The notes beneath the pieces were generated by a model that did not search any database, was not told the origin of the DNA, and was given only the letters and a program-made list of their open reading frames with translations. The translations under genes and the position numbers were made by a program. From the NCBI GenBank assembly GCA_016179055.1, contig JACOSC010000258.1, positions 2,833 to 66,832 of the forward strand: a DNA stretch of 64,000 nucleotides, written 5' to 3'. This DNA is from Acidobacteriota bacterium. Lineage in GTDB: Bacteria; Acidobacteriota; UBA6911; JACOSC01. This document shows, piece by piece, positions 22,187 through 31,490 of this stretch; within the stretch, counting starts at the first letter, position 1; every line of letters begins with the position of its first letter.

Positions 22187-23425
22187 TTAGAAGACCATGC
22201 TGGCGAAGGTGACCACCGAGCCGTCATCGCAGCGCTGACCGTACTTGAGCACACGTCCGCGCTCGGCCTCCAGTACGCTCAGCATGGCATAAATGGGCGG
22301 GTAACCGCAAATGCGCCGGCGGTCTTTGTCTTTTTCGATATGCTGATGAAACCCCGCGGCGTCTACCCGTTCGATGGTCTGCAGCAACTCATGGTCTTCC
22401 TTATGGATTTCTTGTAAGACGGGTGAATCGGCCGGGAATGGATCGCCAAAGCGGGGACCCATGTGGGCCAGGTCAGCGCTGGCGAGGCAAAAAACCTTTT
22501 GGCCGGCACGTGCGGCGCCGTTGATCGCGGTTTTCAAGGCATCTCGGAAGGCGCAATATTCACGATCCCGACTCGGCGGGACTCCGTTATAAACATGTCC
22601 GTGCAATGAGCCGCACAAAATGGGTACTGCACGTATCTTGCGCTTTTCCCCAAAAAGGAATTGTAAAAATACGGATTGAAACTCAATTGAATGCTCGGAG
22701 CGATGTTCAAACTCGTCCTTAAACAGGTCCAACGAGCCGCGATAGGATTGCAAGAGCGCCTCGAGGAAGGGTTGGTCCGTCTCTAACGGCCCTAGCGGGG
22801 TTTCGTAGTTTTTTCGGGTGAGAGCGAAAGGGCTACGCATCGGCCCGTGCGCGGTGCCAAAGATTAGGAAGAGGTCCGCCGCGCAGCGCTCGGCCAGTTC
22901 CTTATAGGCCCATGCGTAACACCAGCCGCCGCGTGGGAAATCAATGTGCGGGAGGATGGCGCCGCGGACTTCGTTGTCGGGGTGTATGGGGCCGATCGGC
23001 CCAGGACCGTCCTTATGTATAAAATATTGCGAGAGCGTTTCACGAAGGGAGAGTGGCTCCGCCGGATAAACCTTGCCGGCATGCCAAGCCGTGCGTGTGC
23101 CGGCCTGACGGAACTCGATCTCTAATTGTCGTCGGAATTCGTCAAATCGTTCGTTCTCCAGCAGGTGATTCTCATCCAATTGCCGTGTGATTCCTTCGAT
23201 CTCGTGGTCAAAAATTATGTCCCCGAATTGCTTGGCGAACTTGGCCTGTATGTCGCCAGTAGAGTGCAGGCCATCCAGCAGCGTGATCACAAAAAAGACC
23301 GGCAGAGGGACCGCCAGCATTTTATCACCCAGGGCGATGGGGTCTCGTAGATACACATAACGCTCTCCGGAAACCTCCACGGGAAAGGCATCAATGAGTC
23401 GCACTTTAGTGTATGTTTCCGACAA
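22187..23425 (-). CDS. Memo-family protein (AmmeMemoRadiSam system protein B-like) with ~100-aa N-terminal extension
   Basis: 412 aa, TTG start 7 nt after AAGGAG. Memo core motifs AGKVYPAEP, GAILPHIDFPRGG, LIFGTAHGP and ADLAHMGPRFGD. The N-terminal 100 aa form an extra small domain. Confidence 0.7.
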   Translation of the reverse strand: MSETYTKVRLIDAFPVEVSGERYVYLRDPIALGDKMLAVPLPVFFVITLLDGLHSTGDIQAKFAKQFGDIIFDHEIEGITRQLDENHLLENERFDEFRRQLEIEFRQAGTRTAWHAGKVYPAEPLSLRETLSQYFIHKDGPGPIGPIHPDNEVRGAILPHIDFPRGGWCYAWAYKELAERCAADLFLIFGTAHGPMRSPFALTRKNYETPLGPLETDQPFLEALLQSYRGSLDLFKDEFEHRSEHSIEFQSVFLQFLFGEKRKIRAVPILCGSLHGHVYNGVPPSRDREYCAFRDALKTAINGAARAGQKVFCLASADLAHMGPRFGDPFPADSPVLQEIHKEDHELLQTIERVDAAGFHQHIEKDKDRRRICGYPPIYAMLSVLEAERGRVLKYGQRCDDGSVVTFASMVF

Positions 23426-24139
23426 TCAACTTCTCCTTGGTTTCTGCGCAACCTAGTAAATATCATAGCCCGCCCTCGAAATCAATGCAAAAGAACTTGC
23501 CTTCTAAGATTCGATCATCAGATTAATCGGAAGGTATCGGGCCCAGCCGCGCACGGGAACGAATTTTGTTCTCCACGCTTTTCTTGTGTCGGTATCTGCT
23601 TGCCGTCATGGCCGGCTGGGGGACTCCTTAGAAACTTCTCCAGTTTCTTCTTTGATTCTGCGCGTTGTTAAAGCTCGCCAACAATCGTGATTGGCCGGTA
23701 ATACTTGCTCTTTGTAATGTCCAATCTCCAGAGCGCCCCAGAGGGGCGCCGGGACATTAGCCTGGGGCAAGTGGAGCGCCGCCCCAGGTCGCGAGTTCCC
23801 TAGAACACAGGCGCCCCGGCAGGGGCGCCGAGTGGTCATTGACTCATCTGAGTCTGCATCCTCATCTCATCATAAGCGCTTAGGGCAGCTAGTAAGCCAA
23901 ACCCATCTCCGCGCCCCTGCCGGGGCGGTCGAGGGGGATGGGGCCATGAGTCCTGGGGCGGCGCTCCGCTTGCCCCAGGCTAATCTCCTTGCGCCCCTGC
24001 CGGGGCGCGTGCGACTTTATGTTTTCGCTTGCTACGTAGGATCGGCGCCGACCCGCTCCAAAATGTCGAAATGCCGGGCTCCTTAGAAACTTTCCCAGTT
24101 TCATCGCTGCTCTGCGTGTGGATGGGACAATCTGGGGGA

Positions 24140-24437
24140 CTCCTTAGAAACTTCGTAACCATTCACGGGTGGTGGATACCCCCGGCGGAAGCCGGGGGAG
24201 CTTCAAGATCCAGCCTACATCACGCGCCCCTCACCCCCTTGGCCCCCTCTCCCCGCCCGGCGGGGAGAGGGGGGTTGGGGGAGTGGGGCGTCGCCGGAGT
24301 AGGCTGGGCCTGAGTCTCCCCCAGCTTCCGCTGGGGGTCTCTTGTGTGCTCTCAGTGAACCCCGCGAACCGTTACGAAACTTCCCTAGTTTCATCTTGGT
24401 ATCTGCTTGCCGTCTTCGCAAGCTGGGGGACTCTTTT
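24140..24437. repeat. ~295-bp hairpin-rich repeat, family R4, copy 1
   Basis: Near-identical by eye to 30998-31290 in the same orientation. It contains hairpins CCCCCGGC-GGAA-GCCGGGGG, CTCTCCCCGCC..GGCGGGGAGAG and CCCCCAGC-TTCC-GCTGGGGG. ORFs 24169-24510 and 24215-24451 are artefacts of it. Confidence 0.8.
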
Positions 24438-24489
24438 GGAGCTACGGACACAAGTGATACACAAGACCATCCGAAATATCCAAACTCCA

Positions 24490-24523
24490 GAGCAATTAGC
24501 TTTTAGCTAATTGCTCTTTTTTT
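24490..24523 (+). terminator. Canonical intrinsic-terminator hairpin (12-bp perfect stem, 3-nt loop, T7 tail) overlapping the CHAT gene stop codon
   Basis: GAGCAATTAGCT-TTT-AGCTAATTGCTC followed by TTTTTTT on the plus strand. On the minus strand the same hairpin follows the CHAT1 stop region with a weaker U-rich tail, so it may act bidirectionally. Confidence 0.6.
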
Positions 24524-27500
24524 GCTTTCTTATGCAGGAACAAGAAGCCGGAAAGCGCCGCAAGAAAAATGGAGGCCAGCATGGCCCAGTACAGTTTATC
24601 GATCCGAAAATGAGAATCGTCCAGTGAAATAGGGTCTGCATTGCCAATTAAAATAAAGGGCGCCCAGAAGAATGGATCATCATACTTTCCACGAGCGATG
24701 AGCTCGAGCTTCGCTTTTCGCAAAGCCTCTCGCTTCGGTGCGCCCTCCGCCATATGCTTATAAAACCGTGTCATCAAGTCGACCGTCGCAGGGCTATCAG
24801 CAATCGGCCAGAGCGTAGCGACGACCGAATCGACACCGGCTGACAAGAACGCCCGGCTCATCGTATCGAGGGCCTCTCCGCGCCGGAGGTGACCCGAGGC
24901 CGTGTCGCAGGCCGATAGGATCACCAAATCCGCGTGCAAATCAAGCGACAGGGTCTCGTAAAGGTACAAGTATCCGTCCTCGCCCTTTTGGTCCGCGGTT
25001 GGGTTCAAGGTAAAGGCGATACGCGAGTATAACGGATTCTGGTCATCGAGGATATTGTGTGTGGCCAAGTGGATCACTTTCGACTTGCTCGCCAACTGTT
25101 TGAACGTATGCTCGGTAGCTTCGCCTTTCAAGAAGAGGAGGCCTCCCGGAACGAGCCGGCGGATATTTCGGACCTCAGCTTCGCTGTACGGCAGCGAAGC
25201 GAGATGCTCAACCCGCGATGCACCCACGGCGTCTTGACTCCTTGTTCCGGCCAGAGTGAAATCCGGGTTCCCCATAGCCAGGAGCGGGATCTGCCGCGTG
25301 GATTCTGAATGGCCACGCTTTGGACCAAGGAGGCTCGCCGCGTAGGAATAAGATATGGGATAGCGCTTGAGGAGGTAGCATGGCTTGTAATTGTCAAAGC
25401 CGGTGACCAACATCTCGAAGGGAACATAGCTCAAGAGCCCATCCGGCACGATGATGAGGCGTGTTCCGGCGGCGACAAATTTTTCCAACGGCTGAAAGAC
25501 CGCTTTATATAACGTCTGGAGCTCATTAAGATGAAACCCTGCGCCCACGGGATCTTTTACGCGTTGGCGGTTATTGGTGAAGAGCGTGCTCGTCTCCTCG
25601 ACTAGCGTCTTCAATTGTTTTTCAGCTACGGGGATCTCTTCGATTCTGAAAAACTTCTTGCCCACTATAAACGCGATAATCTTGCGGTCAGTGACCAAGT
25701 ATTCCAACAATGTCTCGGTCTCATTGAGCTGGCTTTGGATTTGGGAAGGATTTAAAATGGCAGGGTCGTAGAAGAAAGAAAATCCCGGGTGTTGTTTTTT
25801 CATTTCCGCCAGGAGCGCGGCCTTCCGGTTATCCAGGCGCCGGACATCAAGTTCCAAATCCGCGATCTGTCGGTTGGTCTTCTCGGCAAGAGTCAGGTCA
25901 TACCGTGCCACTTGAGATTTGCGTTCCGTATTCATTGCGATGAGCTGTTGGTGTATGGCATGTAAGGCATCCTGTGTTTCGTCCATACGTCTTTTTAACG
26001 AATCGTCCAAGTGCACCTTATCCGTGAGATGTCCCCGGCGCATCAGATCAAGAATATTGGAGGCCTTGGCTTTTTCGGCGTAATAAAAAGCCAGCTCCGC
26101 GTAATCCTCGCGGTGCGTCTTCCGATGAAGCGTAAGCAGCAGCTCCACCAGGGTGTGGTAAGCCTTCATGTTCGTTTCGGAGAATCCCGTCCGTTCTTTC
26201 GGCGTGAGCCGCTTACGCACGGCTTCGATCAGCTCGACGGCGTTTCGGTAGTATTGATAAGCGAGTTCGTCGTCGCCCTTCTGTTGACTTAGATCGCCGA
26301 GGCCTTCATAGGCTTCCCATTGGAGATCCTCATAGCCGAGTGAACGACCCATCGTAAGAGCCGCCTGGTAAGATTGTTCTGCCTGGGTAAATTTCTGCAA
26401 ACGTAAGGAAGCATCTCCGATCCCCTTGAGGCACAATCCTTCAAACTGCGGACGCTTACGGGCCCGCGCTAATCGGAGGGCGATATCAAAGGTGTCGAGC
26501 GCCTTTTTGTAGAGTCCCATTTTCATGTAGGTCTTGGCGATGTTCCAGTAAACAACATTTAAGTTTAGACTCGCCTCATCCTTTTGGGACAGTGCGAGCG
26601 CTTGGTTATAAAATTCGAGCGCCGCCTGGTAATCCTCTTTGAAGAGGAAAGCATCTCCGAGAGAGCCCAAAATGGCTTCTCTTGCACGAGAGGGCGAACG
26701 AACGAGTCGCAAGGCTTGCTTATACAAATCGATCGCTTTATCATATTCGCCGATTAGAGCCGCCATTTCGCCGAGGCCTCGATACGTATTGGAGGCGCCG
26801 ACATCGTCGTGGATCTCCTTAAAAAGATCGAGTGCCTTCAGGAATTGATCGGCGGCTTTCGAGTAGTCGTTTAGTTTTTGCCAAGCGAGTTCACCGGCTT
26901 TAAGCGCCGTCCAAGCTTGTCGCTCCTTGTCGTTGGCGGCAAGGCTCAGGCGTTCGGCGCTTTGAAAGTACTTCGCTGCCTCCGCAGTTTTATCCAGGCG
27001 ACTGGAGAAGACGGCCTTGAGATAAAAGGCAAACCCTTGCAGTTGCGGGTCGCCCAGTGCTTCTGATAAATGCAGCGATCTTTCAAGATACTGAAACGCG
27101 GAGCGAAAATCTCCCAAGAGGCCATGACCACGACCCACATAGGTGTAGGCCTCCGCCATGAGTTCATGATTCCCGGTTTTCTCGGCCAAATCTTCAGCCT
27201 GTTTTGACGTCGAAAGATAGTCACGTAATTTATGAAGATCCCAAAGAATAGCGGCCTTCAATAAGTGCGCCAAGGGATCCTTGGGATTTATCTTGATCGT
27301 CTTGTCGGCATATTCGAGCGCCTGTTGGAAGTCCAAATTCAGCCGATAGGCCGTGGCAAGGCCAAAATAGATAGGGTACGGATGCGGAGATGATTTCTCG
27401 AGACGATGCAGCCGTTTGAGGGCAGGATTTAAATCCCCTTTGGCTCGGAAGACATGCGCCAGAAAAACGTATGGCTTTTGAGAACGCGGGTAGCTCTGGA

Positions 27501-27870
27501 GTGCTCTAAACAGATACTGGGCCGCCTCGTCGTAGTCCTTTTTATGATGGTGACAAAGGGCAAGACCATAAAGCAGGCCGGGATGATTGGGCCGGCGGGA
27601 AAGCTCTGCTTTAAGGAATGTGATGCTGTCTTCGAGAATTCCCTTTTTGCCGCTTGCTCGGGCCAGCAGTTCGTAGACCTCAATGAACTGAGGTTCCTTA
27701 ACGACCGTCTCTCGAGCAACCCGTATGACCTTGTCGTAATCCTCTGAGTTTAGCGTTTGAAGGGTTTGTAATTCCAGCCGATCCGACCGATGCGATGTTG
27801 GGGGCGTTGCGCGAACGAAGCTTGATTCCATCCCTAAGAGGAGTATGATGAAGAGGCTTGCTAATCGCAT
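24496..27870 (-). CDS. Exported TPR-repeat CHAT-domain (caspase-like) protease with C-terminal membrane anchor
   Basis: ORF 24496-27906. The preferred ATG at 27870 gives the signal peptide MRLASLFIILLLGMESSFVRA. About 700 aa of TPR repeats follow. CHAT His context is VIHLATHNILDD and Cys context is DLVILSACDTASG. C-terminal TM segment LYWAMLASIFLAALSGFLFL, then KKAKKE. Confidence 0.8.
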   Translation of the reverse strand: MRLASLFIILLLGMESSFVRATPPTSHRSDRLELQTLQTLNSEDYDKVIRVARETVVKEPQFIEVYELLARASGKKGILEDSITFLKAELSRRPNHPGLLYGLALCHHHKKDYDEAAQYLFRALQSYPRSQKPYVFLAHVFRAKGDLNPALKRLHRLEKSSPHPYPIYFGLATAYRLNLDFQQALEYADKTIKINPKDPLAHLLKAAILWDLHKLRDYLSTSKQAEDLAEKTGNHELMAEAYTYVGRGHGLLGDFRSAFQYLERSLHLSEALGDPQLQGFAFYLKAVFSSRLDKTAEAAKYFQSAERLSLAANDKERQAWTALKAGELAWQKLNDYSKAADQFLKALDLFKEIHDDVGASNTYRGLGEMAALIGEYDKAIDLYKQALRLVRSPSRAREAILGSLGDAFLFKEDYQAALEFYNQALALSQKDEASLNLNVVYWNIAKTYMKMGLYKKALDTFDIALRLARARKRPQFEGLCLKGIGDASLRLQKFTQAEQSYQAALTMGRSLGYEDLQWEAYEGLGDLSQQKGDDELAYQYYRNAVELIEAVRKRLTPKERTGFSETNMKAYHTLVELLLTLHRKTHREDYAELAFYYAEKAKASNILDLMRRGHLTDKVHLDDSLKRRMDETQDALHAIHQQLIAMNTERKSQVARYDLTLAEKTNRQIADLELDVRRLDNRKAALLAEMKKQHPGFSFFYDPAILNPSQIQSQLNETETLLEYLVTDRKIIAFIVGKKFFRIEEIPVAEKQLKTLVEETSTLFTNNRQRVKDPVGAGFHLNELQTLYKAVFQPLEKFVAAGTRLIIVPDGLLSYVPFEMLVTGFDNYKPCYLLKRYPISYSYAASLLGPKRGHSESTRQIPLLAMGNPDFTLAGTRSQDAVGASRVEHLASLPYSEAEVRNIRRLVPGGLLFLKGEATEHTFKQLASKSKVIHLATHNILDDQNPLYSRIAFTLNPTADQKGEDGYLYLYETLSLDLHADLVILSACDTASGHLRRGEALDTMSRAFLSAGVDSVVATLWPIADSPATVDLMTRFYKHMAEGAPKREALRKAKLELIARGKYDDPFFWAPFILIGNADPISLDDSHFRIDKLYWAMLASIFLAALSGFLFLHKKAKKEQLAKS

Positions 27871-27987
27871 AACGCACAGGTCGCAAGATCCGAGAATCGC
27901 CGGCAAAAGAATCAGGAAAGACCAGCCGTGGCATCGTCGGTGGATCGCCGGCCTTTAAGAAATAAATTTGTATTCATCGAAGATAAC

Positions 27988-29403
27988 CTAGATGTTTCCC
28001 TCCATAGCGCCAGGATCGTGTATCGTAAAAATTTCGTATGAGCGGGTTTGGCTATTCCAATTCAACACCACTCCCGTCGTGTCGAAGCTTCTCGTAAGAC
28101 TCGAGCAGGGATTTGGGTTTGGATTTACTACGCCCCCATCAACGATGGCGAAGTCAACGGGGTCGAAATTAGCCGGAGCTTCGACCAGTGTACTACCGGG
28201 TTGGGCATTCGTACCGACAACGGTCTCGTAGGCTGTTTCAAACGGGCATCTAGCGTGCAACGGTGTCATGGATGCGGGCGGAAGCGTGCGAACGATCCGT
28301 CCTCTATGGATAAAGTAAATAAGTCCGTTCCCATCAGAACTGATGCCGGTAGGATGTGAGTCTGAGCCGTCTGGAAGATAGAAATGCGACCGCTGCGGCG
28401 CCGGAAGCCTCACCGGGTCAATAAGAACTTCATGAATACCTCCTCTCCCGGCCGTGTAGAGAGCCCATTGCTCGCCATAGGACCACCGCGGATAGAAGAC
28501 ACCGTGAATTGACGCCGCCGGAGGCAAATTTGTTGCGACAATGTTGGCCGAGCCCTCTTGGATATTCTTGATCACAGAATCGCCAAGGCTACCCTCGTCG
28601 AGGACGAAAGTCTCTCCTCCCACGGAGGCAACACTAAGCGGCCGGCGAAGTAGGCTATTCCGGCATTCTCCCCCGACGAGAGTCTCTACCGGGTAGCCAT
28701 TCGTAGCTGAAACAACAGGCGCGCTTGCGGGACCCACATACGCGACTTTGACCGCGCAATTTCCTGTATCGGCAATGATCAGAGTGTTATTGTTCGGGTT
28801 GAAAGCCAGCCCGGCAGGCCGATTTAATTGGGCGGTCTCTCCTAGAGCACGCGTCTGCGTCACGCTGAGCAGGGAAATGCTCGCTACGTGATAGGGCTGA
28901 TAGTTCATTTCGAGTCGAACCTGGGCCTTGATCTCATCAACGGCGTTGGCGAATGGTAGTGTGACAAAGACTCTGAGCGAGAGGCACACAATTTGGTCCG
29001 CTTCGGTTGCAGCCGCAGGAGGCGAGATTTGGCCCCTCGCGACGGTCCTCACCGAACCTGCGCACTGAGTACATCGGCCCAGACAATCTGCCTCTTTTCC
29101 TTCGCAGTAATTTCGACAGGCGGACGAGTAATCAAGCTGATCAAGTTCCAAATCACTTGAATCACCGCCTCCTCTATCGTTGGCGCCGAACGATGCGGCG
29201 ACATCCTCGGCGGTAAGCCTGATGAGTTCGAGACTCCGATCTACAGCTATCCCTCCCACATCCTGAGATTGAAACGACGCAATCGGGATCACAACCAGAT
29301 GTCCCCTGTCCCCTGGCAAACGGGTCAGAGTGCCTTCCGCGAATACAGTGACAGCGGCAGCCCACAGCGCAGCCAAAGCAATGGCTAAGCCGATCTTTGT
29401 CAT
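27988..29403 (-). CDS. Secreted protein with N-terminal Cx3C-x6-Cx3C module and a probable beta-propeller body
   Basis: 471 aa. Signal peptide MTKIGLAIALAALWAAAVTVFAEG. Cys cluster CRNYCEGKEADCLGRCTQC at nt 29062-29118. The remainder is beta-rich. No family assigned. Confidence 0.55.
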   Translation of the reverse strand: MTKIGLAIALAALWAAAVTVFAEGTLTRLPGDRGHLVVIPIASFQSQDVGGIAVDRSLELIRLTAEDVAASFGANDRGGGDSSDLELDQLDYSSACRNYCEGKEADCLGRCTQCAGSVRTVARGQISPPAAATEADQIVCLSLRVFVTLPFANAVDEIKAQVRLEMNYQPYHVASISLLSVTQTRALGETAQLNRPAGLAFNPNNNTLIIADTGNCAVKVAYVGPASAPVVSATNGYPVETLVGGECRNSLLRRPLSVASVGGETFVLDEGSLGDSVIKNIQEGSANIVATNLPPAASIHGVFYPRWSYGEQWALYTAGRGGIHEVLIDPVRLPAPQRSHFYLPDGSDSHPTGISSDGNGLIYFIHRGRIVRTLPPASMTPLHARCPFETAYETVVGTNAQPGSTLVEAPANFDPVDFAIVDGGVVNPNPNPCSSLTRSFDTTGVVLNWNSQTRSYEIFTIHDPGAMEGNI

Positions 29404-29497
29404 ATTCGCCTCCTAAATACAATTTGCCTTACCCTACATGTAGAGCATATCGGCCGGCCGATTGGAAAACTTTAGTCGTTTTTTTACTGCGGTCAAA

Positions 29498-30196
29498 TTA
29501 TGGGCTGATGCCTGTCTCCAGGGTCCTTAAGAGCGACTGCGCGTCGGCGGCGAGCCGTCCTCCGGTCTTCACGATCTCGCTAAGTTGTTCGCGGGCCTGA
29601 TCTGGTTGATGAAGTTCTAAATACGATTTGGCCAAAAACCATCGGGCTTGCTCTTTCTCACGGTCCTCGGCCGAAGCAATCGCGCGCAGGAATGGCGTCA
29701 CAGCCTTACTGTGTTGGTTGACGCTGTAGTAGCAATACCCCAAGAGCAGGTAGCTCGAAGAGGAGGGTTTCGTTTGAACGTGGGTTTCCAAGGCGCCGAT
29801 GGCTTCCGCGTACCGGCCCTTTTCAACAAGCCGCGTGACTCTCTGCGGCGGAAGCTCGACGGCTCGAATTACCGGCGCCGGCTCGCTTTTTGGTATATGA
29901 TGTTCGTAATAGACAAAGAGACTTCCGACAACCAATAGCACGGAGGCCAAGCCGGACGCCCATTTGAGAAAGTGGAAGCCCGCAGGACCGACGTGGCCCG
30001 GATTGAGTCGAAGCCCCCGGGCCTCGTTAAGAATAGGATACAGTTCGCTAGAGTCCCCCAACTCCTGCACGCAATAGACACAGTGTCTGAGGTGGTCCTC
30101 GAAGATATCCTTCTCCTGCACTTCGATCGCATGAAACTGATACGGTGCAAGCAGGAGCCCAATATCAGGGCTTGTGCATTTTAAACGTCTAAACAT
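29498..30196 (-). CDS. Anti-sigma factor: zinc-binding ZAS N-domain, one TM helix, periplasmic TPR domain
   Basis: 232 aa. H-x3-C-x2-C motif HLRHCVYC. TM segment ASGLASVLLVVGSLFVYY. The C-terminal part is TPR-like (YLLLGYCYYSVNQHSKAV.., WFLAKSYLELHQPDQA). It starts 12 nt after the sigma gene. Confidence 0.75.
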   Translation of the reverse strand: MFRRLKCTSPDIGLLLAPYQFHAIEVQEKDIFEDHLRHCVYCVQELGDSSELYPILNEARGLRLNPGHVGPAGFHFLKWASGLASVLLVVGSLFVYYEHHIPKSEPAPVIRAVELPPQRVTRLVEKGRYAEAIGALETHVQTKPSSSSYLLLGYCYYSVNQHSKAVTPFLRAIASAEDREKEQARWFLAKSYLELHQPDQAREQLSEIVKTGGRLAADAQSLLRTLETGISP

Positions 30197-30208
30197 AGTA
30201 GCCTCCCT

Positions 30209-30760
30209 TTACTCTTGAAATTTTAGCCGGCGGGTCGTTAACTTCTGCGCCAAAAGGTTGCGAAGGCGGCTAAGTTTTTTCCGGACGCACAGGACGCTTA
30301 GCCCAAGCTCCCGGGCAATCTGGGGACTCTCATAGCCATCGATGGTCAATTCATAAAGTCGTTGCTCGGTGGGGCCTAAGCCGGCGAGGACCTTGAGGAT
30401 GAGCTCGCGGCGCTCTTGCTTAAGTATGTTCTCTTCTGCGTTATTGAATGCACTGGGGCTCGAACCGGCTGAACGGAACAGAGCAAAGGCCTTATCCAGC
30501 AGATTTTTCTTTCGCTGTTTGGTTCGGAAAAACATGGACATTTCCCGTTTCATCACCGCAAAAACCCAAGGCATTAGCTCGTTCAAATCTGTCTCTTCGA
30601 TCCGTCGACTATCTTTCGAAAGATCCTTAATGGCTTCCTGAGCGATATCTCTCGCGTCTTCGGGCTTTATTTGTTTGGACCGCGCGTAATTGACGAGGAT
30701 ATCGGTCAGGTGAGCCAGCTTTGCATCGAGCGTTGTTTCCTTGGTGACTAGCAAACTCAT
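30209..30760 (-). CDS. ECF-type RNA polymerase sigma factor (sigma-70 regions 2 and 4)
   Basis: 183 aa. Region-4 HTH ESPQIARELGLSVLCVRKKLSRLRNLL and a divergent region 2. It is the first gene of the four-gene operon. Confidence 0.7.
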   Translation of the reverse strand: MSLLVTKETTLDAKLAHLTDILVNYARSKQIKPEDARDIAQEAIKDLSKDSRRIEETDLNELMPWVFAVMKREMSMFFRTKQRKKNLLDKAFALFRSAGSSPSAFNNAEENILKQERRELILKVLAGLGPTEQRLYELTIDGYESPQIARELGLSVLCVRKKLSRLRNLLAQKLTTRRLKFQE

Positions 30761-30830
30761 GGACTTGTAATCCCCCTCTTATCCAGCAGACGGCGCTCCA
30801 GCCGTATATTCCGTAAACGCGTTCCGCATA

Positions 30831-30868
30831 GAAAGCTGCCGGATGCATCGCATCTGTGACCAAAAAAA
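30831..30868 (-). promoter_or_regulatory. Bipartite promoter-like motif, site D (gene strand: TTTTTTTG-GTCAC-N13-CCGGCAGCTTTC), upstream of the ECF sigma operon
   Basis: Plus strand gaaAGCTGCCGG-atgcatcgcatct-GTGAC-caaaaaaa. The proximal edge is 70 nt from ATG 30760. It has the same two boxes and the same 13-nt spacing as the sites at 33073, 35200 and 36992. Confidence 0.6.
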
Positions 30869-30997
30869 GTAACTACTCAGTCGGCGCTCCTTAGCCCCGT
30901 AGGGGCGGCATGTTTATAGCAGAAGCCATTGAATAGGAGTCAAGCTCCATAGGAGCGACACGTACAGAGCCTTTATTAGCTAAGCCTGCACATGTCG

Positions 30998-31290
30998 CTC
31001 CTTAGAAACTTCGTATCCGTTCACGGGTGGTGGATACCCCCGGCGGAAGCCGGGGGAGCTTCAAGATCCAGCCTACATCACGAGCCCCTCACCCACCTGG
31101 CCCCCTCTCCCCGCCCGGCGGGGAGAGGGGGGTTGGGGGAGTGGGGTGTCGCCGGAGTAGGCTGGGCCTGAGTCTCCCCCAGCTTCCGCTGGGGGTCTCT
31201 TGTGTGCTCTCAGTGAGCCCAGCGAACAATTATGAAACTTTCTTAGTTTCATCTTTGTATCTGCTTGCCGTCTTCGCAAGCTGGGGGACT
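30998..31290. repeat. ~295-bp repeat family R4, copy 2 (direct orientation relative to copy 1)
   Basis: It aligns end to end with 24140-24437. It is nested between inverted modules CCCCGTAGGGGCGGCATGTTTATAGCA (about 30896-30925) and its complement (about 31322-31349). ORFs 31027-31356 and 31073-31279 are artefacts. Confidence 0.8.
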
Positions 31291-31490
31291 CCTCCTACGG
31301 AGCTTGACCGTTTTGGAATCCCAGTTACTATAAACATGCCGCCCCTACGGGGCTGAGAGGCATGCCTGAATAGTTACAAAATAAAAATAATAAGCATTCG
31401 TTTCCATCTCCTCCTTCATATCGGCAGATTGACCTGGCGGCTATACCAAAAAGCATGCTGGTGTACGGGAACTTGCACTAAAGAAATTCT

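Noticed and set aside
23590-24440. Possible CRISPR array, because of recurring short modules (GTATCTGCTTGCCGTC.., GGACTCCTTAGAAACTT, ATTAGCCTGGGGCAA..)
   Set aside because: The modules are heterogeneous, occur in both orientations and are irregularly spaced. They recur at 31250-31290 and 33480-33720 as parts of larger mosaic repeats. There is no repeat-spacer periodicity and no cas genes.
24169-24510. ORFs MVDTPGGSRGSFKIQPTSRAPHP..PLSPPGGERGVGGVG.., duplicated at 31027-31356, plus antisense partners at 24215-24451 and 31073-31279
   Set aside because: They coincide exactly with the two copies of the R4 hairpin repeat. The conservation is nucleotide-level, both strands are open, and the composition is low-complexity. 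I treat them as repeat artefacts, not a duplicated gene.
30802-30825. GGAAC-N16-CGG as the ECF autoregulatory promoter of the sigma operon
   Set aside because: It is a single occurrence with an imperfect -10 element. The four-copy GTCAC-N13-CCGGCAGCT motif just upstream is much better supported.
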